From: Camelus dromedarius | Taxonomy: Eukaryota | NCBI RefSeq assembly: GCF_036321535.1 | Contig: NC_087472.1 | Location: 103,046,001 to 103,110,000, forward strand | Direction of reading: 5' to 3' | DNA: 64,000 nucleotides | Shown: positions 11,128 through 24,232 of the stretch, in pieces | How the letters are laid out: each line of letters opens with the position of its first letter | How positions within the stretch are numbered: the first letter of the stretch is position 1 | Made by a program: the position numbers and the translations under genes | Notes under the pieces: generated by a model | The model's database searches: none | Seen by the model: the letters and a program-made list of their open reading frames with translations, nothing else | Told to the model about the DNA's origin: nothing

Positions 11128-11771
11128 ATGTCTAAGATAATCATAAGGCTGATGTTACTGACGCTAATGCCCTCACTCTCCTTGGCTGTACAACGCACCT
11201 GCATGGAACTGGGTGACAAATGGTCCATGTACCAACCTGTATTTTCAGCTTACAGGTGAATTCAGCCACGATCTCCAACAAATAGCAGAAACCCTGGGAA
11301 CTCTGCAAAATCAGATTGACTCTCTGGCTGAGGTGGTCTTACAAAACAGGAGGGGTCTGGACCTACTCACGGCCAAAGAGGGGGGACTATGCCTCTTCCT
11401 AAAATGAAGAGTGCTGTTTTTATGCCAATCAATCAGGAATTGTCAGAGGGATGGTTCAAGAGTTACAAGACTGAGTGGAAAAGAGAAAACATATTTTAGA
11501 TAACAGCCCATGGACAGGCCCCTGGGGCTGGACCTCCTGGCTGGCACTGTTCATAGGTCCCTTACTCCTGATTTTTGCAGTTCTGCTATTTGGGCCCTGT
11601 GTCCTAAACTTCCTGACCCGCTTTGTCAGTGAGTGGATAGAGGCTATAAAACTTCAGATGTTAGCCTCCAATTATGAGCCCCTGCAACAGATGAGTAATG
11701 ATGCTTACTCCAACTGGAGTTGTGAAAGCATCAAGAGGGGGGAATGTGAAGGAAAAACCGGGCTGGTCTAA
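11128..11771 (+). pseudogene. env: ERV env remnant: signal peptide fused to TM (SU deleted)
   Basis: Signal-like MSKIIIRLMLLTLMPSLSLA from 11128. Immunosuppressive domain LQNRRGLDLLTAKEGGLC (11339-11392), a frameshifted CX6CC, and membrane anchor WLALFIGPLLLIFAVLLFGPCVLN. Confidence 0.92.
11733..11744 (+). other. Polypurine tract
   Basis: AAGAGGGGGGAA immediately 5' of the 3' LTR TG. Confidence 0.92.
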
Positions 11772-12218
11772 CAAGATAACTCACAAGTCTAGGAATGTGA
11801 AGAAGAGGCTGGGCTGGGCTGGGCTGGGCTAACAAGATAACTCACAAATCTAAGTATTGGAATACTGATCTGAGTTCTGCTAGACTAACTTGTAAATCTA
11901 AGTTAATTAGTGTTGGTCTGCTGTTCATGGTTTTTACTAGCCAGCTGGGTTTTCAAAGATACATATCTGGCTTTGGAATGTTGGTTTGCTGCCTCCCCGC
12001 CTCCACTTTTGTGATGATAATGCTGCTAAAGCTGTTCCATGCCTATTGGCCTAATACCCCAAGCTTGTACTTTACCCTATAAAACCTCATGCGCACGTCT
12101 TGGAGGTGCTCAGAGCTTCGGAGCAGAAGCCCCTCTGAGCCCGCCGGCGTAATACATCTGAGGACTCCAACCCTCCGAGTGGTGCTTGTTTCTTGACTGG
12201 CCTGTTGTTTCCGTAACA
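11745..12218 (+). mobile_element. 3' LTR
   Basis: Follows the polypurine tract directly, has TATAAAA at 12078-12084 and ends ...ccgtaaca before TSD ATAC. Confidence 0.97.
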
Positions 12219-12789
12219 ATACATGCACCCTAGTGTTCACAGCAGCATTATTTTCCATAGCCAAGACACGGAAACAACCTGTCCATCGACAGATGACTGG
12301 ATAAAGGAGTTGTGGTATATTTACACAATGGAATACTACTCAGTGATAAAAAAGAATAAAATAATGCCATTTGCAGCAATACAGATAGACCCGGAGATCG
12401 TCATTCTAAATGAAGTAAGCCAGAAAAAGAAAGAAAAATACCGTATGATCTCACTTATATATGGAATCTAAAAAAAAAAAAAGACAAATTAACTTGTTTA
12501 CAAAAGAGAAACAGACTTACAGACATAGAAAACAAACTTATGGTTACCAGGGTGGGAAGGGATAAATTGGGAGTTTGAGATTTGCAGATACTATTAGATA
12601 TAAAATAGATAACAAGGTCCTACTGTATAGCACAGGGAACTACAGTCAATATCTTGTAGTAACCTATAATGAAAAAGAATATGAAAAGGAATACATATAT
12701 GTATATGTATGACTGAACTATTATGCTGTACACCAGAAATTGACATAGTATTGTAAACTGACTATACTTCAATTAAAAAAAAAAAAAAA
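12219..12789 (+). mobile_element. 5'-truncated L1 (ORF2 end, 3' UTR, poly-A)
   Basis: Typical L1 3' sequence (WIKELWYIYTMEYYS...MPFAA) and poly-A. TSD AAGAACAAA[A/G]TGA at 6815-6827 and 12788-12800. Confidence 0.92.
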
Positions 12790-13127
12790 GAACAAAGTGA
12801 AAGTAGCATAGACCCTGCAGTCAAAGTTCCAAACTGGAGGGCAGAACAGCTCTCTTGTTTCCTTCCTGTGCTCGCCACTAGAGTCCCTCAGTCATAGTTT
12901 GAAAGATCCCCATGGCAGTTATGGAGGGGTCCGGGAGAAAGAAATGGGAGATGGCTGCTCACTAGCCACTGGTGTCCAGATCTTAAGTCAAAAGAGAAAA
13001 GGGAGTTCTTGACCTTTCTACATGATCCATCCTGGATTCCCAAAGCAGGCAAGCAGTTAGGGATATAGAATATGCTAGGAATATTCTACATACGCTTTTA
13101 CCATCCGGGGTCCTGCTAGGAAACAGA

Positions 13128-13593
13128 TGGCAGGGGAGCAGAATAGGCTACCCCAAAATGTGCCACTTTGGCATGTGAATTATTTTGAGCTTCAGGCAAC
13201 CAAGACCCAACAGATTCAAGGAAAACTTTTATCTCTCCCTTGACTACCTAAAAGAATTCAGATAGGGGGCCTGGCCCAGAAAGAGCGCTATTCCCAGAAA
13301 TAACTTTTTATCTGAAAGACCTATCTGTATGGCAAGGCAAACATCTGATTACCAAACATCTGCTCTTCTTATCATCCTGTGAATCACCTTTCTGCCCTCT
13401 GAAGCATCAGGTGCCTATCCCATTCCTTAGCTCAGGATGAGATGTAAGCCTCAACTGCTCGACTTACCCTTGGTGCTCCCTTATGTACAAAATTAATTTT
13501 GTTTTTCTCCTGTTAATCTGTCATATGTTAATTTGATTCTTAGACCAGCCAAAGAATCTAGAAGGGAATGAGGGAAAATTTTCCACCCCTACA
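13128..13593 (+). mobile_element. MER34-like solo LTR
   Basis: ccccaaaatgtgccactttggcatg...tctcctgttaatctgtc...cccctaca. Confidence 0.72.
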
Positions 13594-14887
13594 GCCCACT
13601 CTCCTGGGGTAAGTGAGACGGGGTTAATGAAGAACACTCCAAGGCAAGGTTAAGATAAACCAACAGGAAATGGTACAGTATCATGGGGTGACCTGAGAAC
13701 TGAGTTCTGGGAGAGGGGTGCCCAGGCACAAAAGCCATCATCAATACAAGAATGCAGCCAATGAAAATCCACAAAAAGGGAGGGTGGCAGTCAGAATGTC
13801 ATCCATCTCTCTCTACTGCCCACCTCCAATGTCCTGCTTGTGCTTCCCATCACCAGAAGGTAAATAAGCCCAGTGATGTGGGCCACAGAGCAAGGCAAAG
13901 AAGGATGTGGAGTAAACCCAGAAGGAAAGAGTAACCAATGGAATCATTCAAAAATTATGAGTATATGCAGAGATCCATCTAAAGGAGATCCATTACAATG
14001 TTGATTGTAAAAGCAAAAATATGGAAATGACCTAAATGTTAGAGGGAAAAAAATTATGTTACCCACATGAGGGCAGAGACAGTCTTGCCCATTTTTATAC
14101 ATGAACTGCAGCGACTGGAATAACACCTCGCATAGAAAATATTCCTTAAACATTAAAAATGCTAGTGTGGGGGTATGTTTATGGACATAGAGAGATGCTC
14201 ATAATTCAGTTAAAACAACAGGTTTAAAACAGGTTTTAAAAAATAATGTGGTAATGATCCCATTTTGTTTGATAGCTAGCTACATAGAGGATGCAGGTTT
14301 GGAAAAACATACATGGAGATGGTTAGAGTAATTAATGATGCTCTGAGGGAGACTGTTTTGTTCTGTTTGATTTGTTTTTATACTTCATATTCTGATTTTG
14401 CTGTAATGAAAACAAATTGCTTTTATAATAAAAAAAAATACAGCTTTTTTCAGTTTTATTTATAAAACAGTGTTCATTTTCCTGGTGTTTTCCTTTCCCT
14501 TCCCTGTGTCATCTCTTGCTCTATAACCTTGAGAGTAGCAGCAGATGGCTGGGCAAGCATGCGGATTGAGGGGAAGGGAGGGAATCCCACCATATGGAAG
14601 TCATGACTCACAGCTTTCACAGCTTGTGGAGCACCGGGGACCAAAATACAGAAGAGTGGTGGGGCTTAGGAAAACCTCCTGTTCCCAAGGCTTAAATTCT
14701 AGGAAGCTGAAGAGAACTGAAAAGTATTTTCAAGCTGCATTGGAAGCAAGATGAACAAGCAGGGAAGAGCATTGCTGTTAAGGAAAGTTGTCACATTACC
14801 AGATAGCAGGGAGAAGAAGCAGTCAACTCCAACTTTGCTTTAATGTCAAGCATAAATAGGCTTTATCCTCCTTTTCTCTTTCTTAGC

Positions 14888-14910
14888 CATCATCATCATC
14901 ATCATCATCA
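14888..14910. repeat. (CAT)7 microsatellite
   Basis: Direct reading. Confidence 0.9.
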
Positions 14911-17900
14911 CCCCCATTATCCTTGTATCCTCCTCCAAAATCACTACCGTTATCATCATCTCCATTCTGGACAGTAAACTTTCTAAGAGTGGTAAAATAT
15001 GCCTTAAACTTGTATATACACTGGAACATTTAGCATATAAGATTCTACACAGGATAAACATAAATTGAAATGACAAAGATGAAGGCACTCATCACGTAAG
15101 CAGAAACATGAGGTTGGTAGGAAGAGTTGGTAGACTACATGAAAATTTTATAAACTTTTTTGAGCCAGCATCACAAAGGGCCAGAACTTTTTAATCATGT
15201 ATGCCTCCCCAGTATTTATGTGTTTATTTATAAATTTTATACGTTTGACTACTATAGTACAATGTCATAAACATTATAAAGTACACATAAAATAAACATT
15301 TTAATGAAAAAGGTAATATTTGTTTTCCACATCTGAATGGATCATTTTGGGGTTTACATACCCTGCATGGGAAACCACTGTCCTAGACGACAGAATCAGA
15401 AGTTTTTGAAATAAATCTATAATAGGGGCTGTAATCAACAATAGGAGATTAAATATAGATAAAGATCAAATATTACATCTGAATTCCCAAACTGAGCCCA
15501 AGTTGAGGAATTTAATATGCAAGTCCACACTTGTAATACTAACACATCACCACCAGGTGACTTCTAGCTCTAGTAATTTAATATGGGTGGACTGAGCAAT
15601 AAGCAGCATTTAAAGAAAAGCCAACCTTGACAATTATTCAAATGTACCAGATGGTGCCCCATTCTTGCTACTATTAGTATTTAACGTTGCTGTATTAAAT
15701 TAGTGTGTTTTCTTTCTAGGGATTTCTTGAAACAAAATAAGGTTTCAGAGGGCATGAGCAATATGTGCCTGCTTCCATCACTTTTGGAAGCTGTTCCGAT
15801 ACCACGGCAACCAGAAATTTTTAATTACCCGAGAGAGCCCTGCTTTTCATCCCTTTGGGACCAGCATCCTAGCTCTGGGTTGCTAGTTATTAACTGCAGC
15901 AGGAGAGGAGGAAGTAGGGGACATCCTTGCTAGTTCATCAGCGTGGTTTCCTCGGACAGTTCCACCCAAATCTGGACATTTACACCATAATTTCAGGTCA
16001 AATTAGGGAACTTCTGCAGAAATGGCTACCCCCACAAAGTGGGGTTGGAGCAACCAGAGTGTGTTCTGGGTAGAATAACCTTTGGGCCACAGGAGCTTCG
16101 TAGAAGGTTATGGTGTGACAGAATAGAGAGAACAAGGGCTTTGGAGTCAGACAGATCTGGGACGGAATCCTCCATCTGCTGCCCACTGCCTGGGTGACAC
16201 TGGGCAAGCTACTGAACTTCTCTGTTACAAAAGGCAGTTAGTAGAAAGCAACAAGATTTTTTTTCTAGGCTTATCGTGTGCTGGAAATGTTTGTAGAGCA
16301 CCAGGCACAGGATCCAAGCTCTCCATTCACTCTGTCATACTTATGGATGTGGATACCTGCAGCATTTGTTAAAAATACAGATATTTCCCCTCTAGTGATT
16401 CAGATGTCACAAGCCCAGGGTGAATAAACCATAAACCAGGGTGAATATTCCATAATTACCTGCCTCTGGGGAACCTGTATGCCCTAAGGAGTTCCTGTTG
16501 CCCCCCAGGTGATTATTACTGTCAAGCAAGCTTAGGAATCCCCGCACCACCAGTTATTTCGCAACGTCATGCCCACTGCTGTGTCAGTGCTGTTCCGCTC
16601 CTTCCTGCCACCCCGCAGCACTACCACAGGGTGCCGCCCTTATGGAGTCTGCCCACTTTCTTCCACCAAAGAGAATTCCCTGCACTTTCTCCTCCACTTC
16701 CCTCCTCCCATCTTCACTCCTCAGTCAACCTGCTCTCCGCCATCTGTCAAGTTGGAAAGGCCCGAGTGGATAGATTCATGTGAAGGCTTTGAACTGAAAA
16801 TGACTTACTGAGTTACGCAGGCCAGGGATTTTTTCATATTAAGTGGCACAAACTCAAGAAATTCATCCTAAATAATAGCAGCACTGGTCCGGTGGGAGAT
16901 GTTTTGAGAAGAGGGATTTCTCAATTCCTGCCATTGCCTACTTGCTGATTCATCTACATGTGTGTAAGAATCACCACAGAGCTTGTTAAAATGCAGATTC
17001 TGCTATTATACACTGGTGCTACAGTGGGGCCTGAGACTTGGCATTTCTAAAAAGCTTCTGGGTAACCCCATGCTGGTGGGCCAAGGACATTCTGTGTGTC
17101 AAGGGATGGGTAATGGTGAAGAAAAGACCTACATCCCCAAATGCTTGGAAATTTACCAACACCTAGAGACTAACATGATCATGAATGTCTAGAGTCTCTT
17201 AGTAAAGCACCACAAGATAGGCCTGTTACCAGACACACACAACCCACAAACACCAGGTAAGAACTTTTCAACACCTTTAACAACTTAAACATCATTACTT
17301 TCCATGTGGGAACATTTCCACAGAGAAATGACAACTAAGAGCTCCCACGTTTATTGTAAAAGCATTTATTATTATGCAGTTATTTCAAAAATTACATCTC
17401 AGTAATCATAAAAGGTAAGTAGAGGTAAATGCGCTTGCTTTACACATGACAGACAATACAAGAACACCAAAGTAACTGTTGACAGAGCCAGCCCTCCTGG
17501 AACAAAGAAATTTCCATTCACCGGTGTGGCACAGTCAGCTCCACAAATGTAAAGGGTTTTGAAAACATTCAACTGGCTACTGCTGTTAATGTCCTGGAGG
17601 AGGTTACAGCACAGTGTGAAACAATAGAATATGAAATGTGAGAGCTGGAGACAATGGAACATGGTCATGGCGTTGTGGAATTTGAGCAGTAACCTATTTG
17701 TAAATCTGGAAGGTCTCTGCAAAGCAGCCATTGACTGGTCTAAAAGGTCGGACAGTCCAAACTCCTTAAGCATGATTATCTTTTGGAAGACAAGCTCCAC
17801 CTTGGGTGTGTGAGGATGATGCTTCTAGGGACACTGATATCCAGGGTTACAAACATATCACTTGACCCTTTGGCTCCACACATCACCTAGGAAAGCCAGC

Positions 17901-18769
17901 TTTGGCACTTGCACAGATGCAAAACCTCTTCCTAGGGCAGCTGGAACTTCTTGGAACAACATGGCAATGTTGGTTTACAACCCATTTAAAACTGCCACCA
18001 CTCTCCAGAGGACCCCAACTATGGCCCTGATCTGGAGCCCACACTGCCTCTTCCCCAGAAAGCTTTCGTCCTCTCCCTGGAAACCTGGCTTTTTAGGCTC
18101 CAGCTGCTGAGCTACCAGACAGAGGAAAACAGCATCAAGCAATGTCAGGCAGAAATTTTCACTGTGTGTGCAGTTCTGCTGATGCTGGTAGGAAGATAAT
18201 GTTATATCAACCTTGCACAAGGCTAGCCTTCATATGCTCCCACTCATTAGATTTTAACCTCTAGTGACTTTTTGAATGAGAAAAGACAAAGGAGTAGCCT
18301 TTTCGCTGCTGAGGTTGGGACAAAATGGGATACTTGTATAGTTTATCTCTGGTATTAAACGTATCACTCAGATTTATTTTCCTTTTGTGTTTTAGCTTTT
18401 GATTCACTTATAACACACATACAGGGAAGTACACAAATCGCTATGTATGAACAGCTCAGCAAATATTCACATACTGACCACATCCTTTGACTCAGCACCC
18501 AAACAGGAAATGGAGCACTGCAGCTCCCAGAAGTCCCCTTTGCGTCCCCTTTCAGTCACTATATCCTCCCCAGAATGGCTGCCATGACTTTTAATACTCC
18601 ATAGATTAGTTTGGTATATTTTCAAACATTAAATAAAATTCTCAAAACTGACTTATTTTTGAAACATGAAATTAAAAGGTAATAATATTAATAGCAAATT
18701 TTCAAGTTGGTGTTTTATGGTAATTTGAGAGTCCTAAAATTAAAGTATCTCATTTAGTCCAGTCCAATA

Positions 18770-19073
18770 GCTATGGACTGGACTGCCTCTCCCCCAAATT
18801 CATATGTTGAAATCCTAACCACCAAAGTGGCTGTATTTCTCAGGGCTTTTAGGAGATAATTAAGGTTAAGTGAGGTCATGAGGGTGGAGCTACACAGTAA
18901 GAAGGCTACAGAAGGCTACTACCAGCAAGCCAGGAAGAGAGGGCTCACCAGGACCTAAATCACCCAGCACCTTGATCTTGGACTTCCTACCCTCCAGAAC
19001 TATGAGAACTAAATTTCTGTTGGTTAAGCCACCCAGTCTGTGGTGCTTTGTTATGGCAGCCTGACCTAATACA
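18770..19073 (+). mobile_element. MLT1 (MaLR) solo LTR
   Basis: ccccaaattcatatgttgaaatcctaacc...ttggacttc...cctccagaact...taagccacccagtctgtggt...taataca. Confidence 0.8.
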
Positions 19074-21957
19074 TCAATTTTCTTTAAAATGTATTTCACT
19101 TTTTTCAGTAATAAGTTTATCACTGAAAACCAGCCTTTACATTTCAAAATAATGCATTGGTTTTTTTCAGTATTAATAGAAGTTGGCACACAAAATGAAT
19201 TTACTACTGCCCAGTAAGAAAAGTACGTTTCTTAGGTAAACATAAGGAGACCTGTGCACTAAGTGCTGGGGTGCAAAGACAAAAAGGCAAGATCTCTCGT
19301 CTATGAAATTCACAGTTTACTTGGTAAGTTCAATCATTCCAAGTCAACAGCAGATATTAAATGGCATCACTAATGTAGGTTTAGGTGCCCTGACTTCGAA
19401 GTAATGCAATAAAACCCTGTCCTTGCCACTGCCTTTGAAATCAGGGTGGTAGCTGCAGCCCCTCCCACTAAAAGTAGACATCCAACACATGTTGATTAAA
19501 GAGGTGGCTGGAGGATTTTGAAGTGCAGCTGGAGGGAAAGAGGTGCCAAGAGGTGGCTCTCTTTAATTAACAGTCTGTTGGGAAGAATCAGGCTCTTAGT
19601 GGAATCACCCATAGTACCCAAAGGGAGTGCAGTGATTCTATTTGCAAGCCAGTGTGATGAGAAGTGTTTCTACTGAGTCATATTTTCAAAAGCCATCGTT
19701 TTCCCCTCCTGTAAACAAATGCCAATTAATGTGTAGGATGTGACTTTCTTAGAGTCGAATAAAAATAACACAGCAACCGGGTGGCATGCAATTTGCCACT
19801 TGTGCTTTTAATTTACAAACCTATTGCGTGCCACTTGTGTCGTCAAAGAAATAAGAAATAATTAGAAAGGTAGACTAACAGGGAAAATAAGATGTTTGTG
19901 ATATCTGGGTCCTCCTCATAGCTCAGAAGGCACTGTTTGTTATATTGCATTCAAATATAAAACAAATGATCTGTCTCCAACATAAACTATTTAGACTGAA
20001 CACCAGCCAAATGAAAGCAGCTGCCACTAGATTAAAAAGTCATTTTCTCAGCCAACTCAGATTAAAAAAGAAACATTTTATGAACATATTTCTTCAACTC
20101 AAGCAGATTTTTATTATTCTGTGTTTCAGCTGCACATAAAAATAAAAACAGCATCTCCTGGCATGACCATTTGTCAGAAATTTAATTTCAGATAAACAGA
20201 TGGTGCTAAACTAAAAATATTAGTAGGGTATCATCTGTAAAATTCAAATCATTTTAGTATACGTTGCCTTTAGTCTTTTTTTTAAACAAAGAAGTTTCTT
20301 TTTCTAAATCTGTCACACCAAAATATAGCTAATATTCATTTTCAAGGATATTTAACAAGGGTCTCATGTCCCCCATCTCTAGGGGTTCTTGACAAGAAAT
20401 AGAATATACTGTTCCTTCTTCACTTCAGGGCCTGGAGATAAATCTGGATAAAATTTTAAAGGCTGCAAATTGAAATTAGAATTCTCTTTACTAGTTGATT
20501 TACTTGCTGTTCAAGGCTTGGGCACATTTTGTGCACCTGGGGGGCCAAGTTCTACTCAGTCAACGTCAGTAAAATGAAAGGAAGCAGCAAAGGAGAAAAG
20601 GACTGGCACAGCAAACAGCTGAAAGACGGGTTTCCCAACTTCCATTAGTTACTAAAACAAAAAGTCAAGGCAGTCCCTCCAACCACTCAGTGAAAGTTCT
20701 CACCCAGGACCAACAGCTACAGCAATTCTGGGGACCAACCAAAGGTCCAACTGATTCAAAGCATAGATTGGATTAGACTACATTTCATCACGTACAGTCT
20801 AACCACACAGCATAAATCACATCAAACCACATGAAATTACCAATATTCAACCAGTTTAGACCATCATATATTTCAATCTAATACGAAGACTGCTTCCCAA
20901 GAACACCTCATTTCTAACTTTGCCCATAGTACAAATCAAAAACATTATTCAATATGTGTCAGATCACATAAGAGGGGCTTGACTCTTTTTCGGCTGCTTC
21001 CTTGTCCTTAAAAAACTATTCTTTTCCTCACCGGTCTAATCATATCTAATTCTCTAACAGAACAGAGCTTTTCCACCAAAGCTGTGGACACCTTTGGACT
21101 TTGTGCACAGGCTTCTGGGGGCCAGTGAAAACTTAGAAATTGTATACATAATTGCTTGTGAATTTTGGAGTAGGGATTGGGCAAGAGAAGTTAGTCCACA
21201 ATATTTACCAGCTTTAAGAGAAAACAGTGGATCAAAATTGTTAGGTAGCTGCTCAAAAATCCTGTCTTGTCCCTGAAAACTCTAGCCCACATTAATCTCA
21301 CTCTAGAAGCAGTTCTGAAAGACTTACTGTACTTAAACATAAACTGGTTCACATGCTACTGACTGGTTTGAGAAATGAATGAATGTTCTTATAGATCAGA
21401 TAGAAAGTTCCAAGAGGCATAGTTCTTTTATGCCTTTTGTGTTTCTCCTTAGTTTCTAGCACAAGGGTTTAATCTTACAGGTTAGTTAAAAATTTTTGTT
21501 AACAAATAACATGCATCATTGCTCCTTAAAATTATTTTTAAAAATTGAGTTTTCTAGTGAAAATTCATCTACCATCACATATTTCTACATTTCTATAGTT
21601 TATAATTGGATTTGATTATTGTTCACAGTAATTATTTTATGTGTAAAAATAACAATAAAAATATGTCAAAAATTATTCAAAAAACATAATTGAGAGCAAA
21701 TCTGATATCAAAAGTCTATTGTGATATATGCTAAAGTACATAAAAATTTGAGTCTACTCCTGCTGCCATCAGCATGCATAATTATGAGTTAAGTGGTTCA
21801 GATAAGTAGACAGCTTTGGCATTATTTTTCTGGGAAATAGAAGGCAAAGCCCTATTTGGAAATACGGTGGTAGCCTTAAAGGAATCTTTTAAAATTATGT
21901 ATATATATGTATAATTTTCATGGATTTATACTACCTTAGATGAGTGATTCTTTAAGG

Positions 21958-22170
21958 CAAGGTTTTTCAACCTTGGTACTACTGGTACTTTGGACCAGAT
22001 AATTCTTTGCTGGGGGCTGTCTTGTGCACTGTAGGGTATTTAATGGCATCCCTGGCCTTCACCCAGGAAATGCCACTAGCAAGCCCTCCTCCAGTCAGGA
22101 CAATTGAATAGGTCTCCACTCATTGCCAAATGTCAGGAGGGGGCAAAATAACCCCCAGCTAAGACTTGAG
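21958..22170. mobile_element. MER20-like hAT DNA transposon
   Basis: ttttcaaccttggtactactg...ttggaccagataattctttg...cattgccaaatgtc. Confidence 0.75.
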
Positions 22171-22559
22171 ATTTCTTTAAGGTCTTTAGTCAGTAGCCAA
22201 CCTATCCCATGTGTTTCTCCTTATTGCATGAAGGGGACAGCCTCACTGGAAATAATGAAGTATTTCCTCAAAGGTTTTGGGTTACAGTTGTCAGATTTAG
22301 CAAATTAAAAATAGAAGATGCCCAATTAAATTTGAATTTCAGATAACAGCAAATAATTTTTAATTAATTTTTTTTCCTTTTTCAGTTTTATTAGGTAGAA
22401 TTATTACAGTTTGACTGTACATATACATACTGCATATAAATACATATGTACAATATCCTGCAGATGTTTTTTAGTTTACACATTATGTACTGACAATTGT
22501 TTCTAAGAAAAGATTAGAGCTTTAGCTTTTTAATAATTTTTTTATTTTTAAATTTTTTG

Positions 22560-22662
22560 GCAGGGAGGTAATTAAGTTTTTTTAATGGAAGTACCTGGGG
22601 ATTAAACCCAGGACCTTGTGCGTGTTAAGCAGCTGCTCTACCACTGAGCTATATCTTCTCCC
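22560..22662 (-). mobile_element. Vic-1-like tRNA-derived SINE (inside a MER53-like element)
   Basis: Reverse complement of the A-box (tatagctcagtggtagagc) and B-box (gggttTaatcccc) plus AT tail. Confidence 0.75.
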
Positions 22663-24113
22663 AACAACAAATAATATTTTAGTATAAACCTGTCCCAAAT
22701 ATTGCAGAGTGTTTAATCTGGCAACTTTATTTCCAGTGAAGTACTAATATCATAAATAAATGACTACAAATAAATAAATTGCTAATTCATGACAGGGGAA
22801 AAACAGGATTAAACAGTTACTGTGACTCTTTTCTACTCTTATGCTGTACTGAAGTGATGGAAACTGGGTTGTGTTGCAAATAAATCATTTTGTTGTTGTT
22901 AAAAAAAAAATAGTTCAGAGTCAGTGGGTTATAGTGAAAACAGCACATACTTTGGAGCCAGGCAGCTTTGAGTTGGAACCTGATAATGTCACTTTTGAGA
23001 TGTGCCTTTGACAAGTTAACTTCTCTGAATTTCCACTTCCTTTTTTATGAAAAAAAAAAAAAAAAAAGGTCGGGAGTGGGAGAGGGGATTATAATTCTTT
23101 TATTGAGTAGATATGTGAGTCTATGGTGAAGTGGGGTATCTCTTTAAAGATGAAGTGAATAATATATAACGTTGCAAGCACTTGGCACTCTCTGGATGTG
23201 TGGGGCTGGTGACCAAGGGCTCTAACAGGCGGTAGACAGGACATTCTTCTGGCACTGCCCCTACCCTAGACGTAATCTAATAGGCTTCGGGCAGCACCTG
23301 CCGGGAGGCAAAAGAGGGAGCTGAGCAGACTGAGAGGTTTCCGGTTCTCTCATAGCCGCCTGTCACGCCTGACCAATAATAGCTGAACAACCCACTCAGG
23401 CCCCCCGCCCCCGAATAGGGCTGGGAGCAGTACTGAGCAGAGAGGCGTGCAAAACCGAGAAAGAGAGCCACAGCCTGACACTTGTAGGGCTATGGTGTTC
23501 AACTTCTAAAATGCTCTTCTCAAAAGAGCTTTTCACTCGAATTTTTCACCTTGCAATTGGACTGGTAGTGTAGAAAATATATTAAGCTTTAAAAAAAAAT
23601 ACTTTATCTCTATCTCTTCATCTGCAAAAGGAAGGGGTGGGGCAAGCGAACACTAACATTCATTCCAGGTTTGAAAAATTATATGATTCCTCCCTTCAAA
23701 GGCTGATTGAAGTCTCAGCTCCTCCTAAAGGCTTCTGCTCTGGAAAGCCTGCCAGCACTCATCGCTCCCTTAGCTTTTACTGTCTCTACCATCCATTAAA
23801 GCAAACAATCTATCATGAGCTACTTCATATTTTAAAGGATTATATTACCTAAATAATGTATGCAGAATAATAAAACAAAATATCTATGTATCTACTGCTC
23901 AATGGAAGAAATAATGTTACCAATGTTTTCAGGGTCCCTATCAGCATCCCCCAGCAGTAATCACCATCTTGAAATTTGTTAATTATGTATCCTCTTCTTA
24001 TTACTGCCTTGCTTTTTTAAATAGTTTTACAACACATATATCTATTCCTAAAGAATACTGTATAGAGTTGCTTGCTTTTTTGCTCATATTGTTTTGTTTT
24101 GTTTTTTTTTAAT

Positions 24114-24232
24114 GGGGAGGAGGTAATTAGGTTTCTTCATTGATTTCCGCTTGGAGGAGGTACTGGGGGATTGAACCCATGACCTCTTGGGTGCTGAGCA
24201 TGTGGTCTACCACTTGAGCTATACCCTCCCCC
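24114..24232 (-). mobile_element. Vic-1-like tRNA-derived SINE
   Basis: ggggattgaaccc...ctaccacttgagctataccctcccc, the same family as the other three copies. Confidence 0.8.

Noticed and set aside
17399..18220. Cluster of 60-133 aa ORFs
   Set aside because: No recognisable homology, splice structure or start context.
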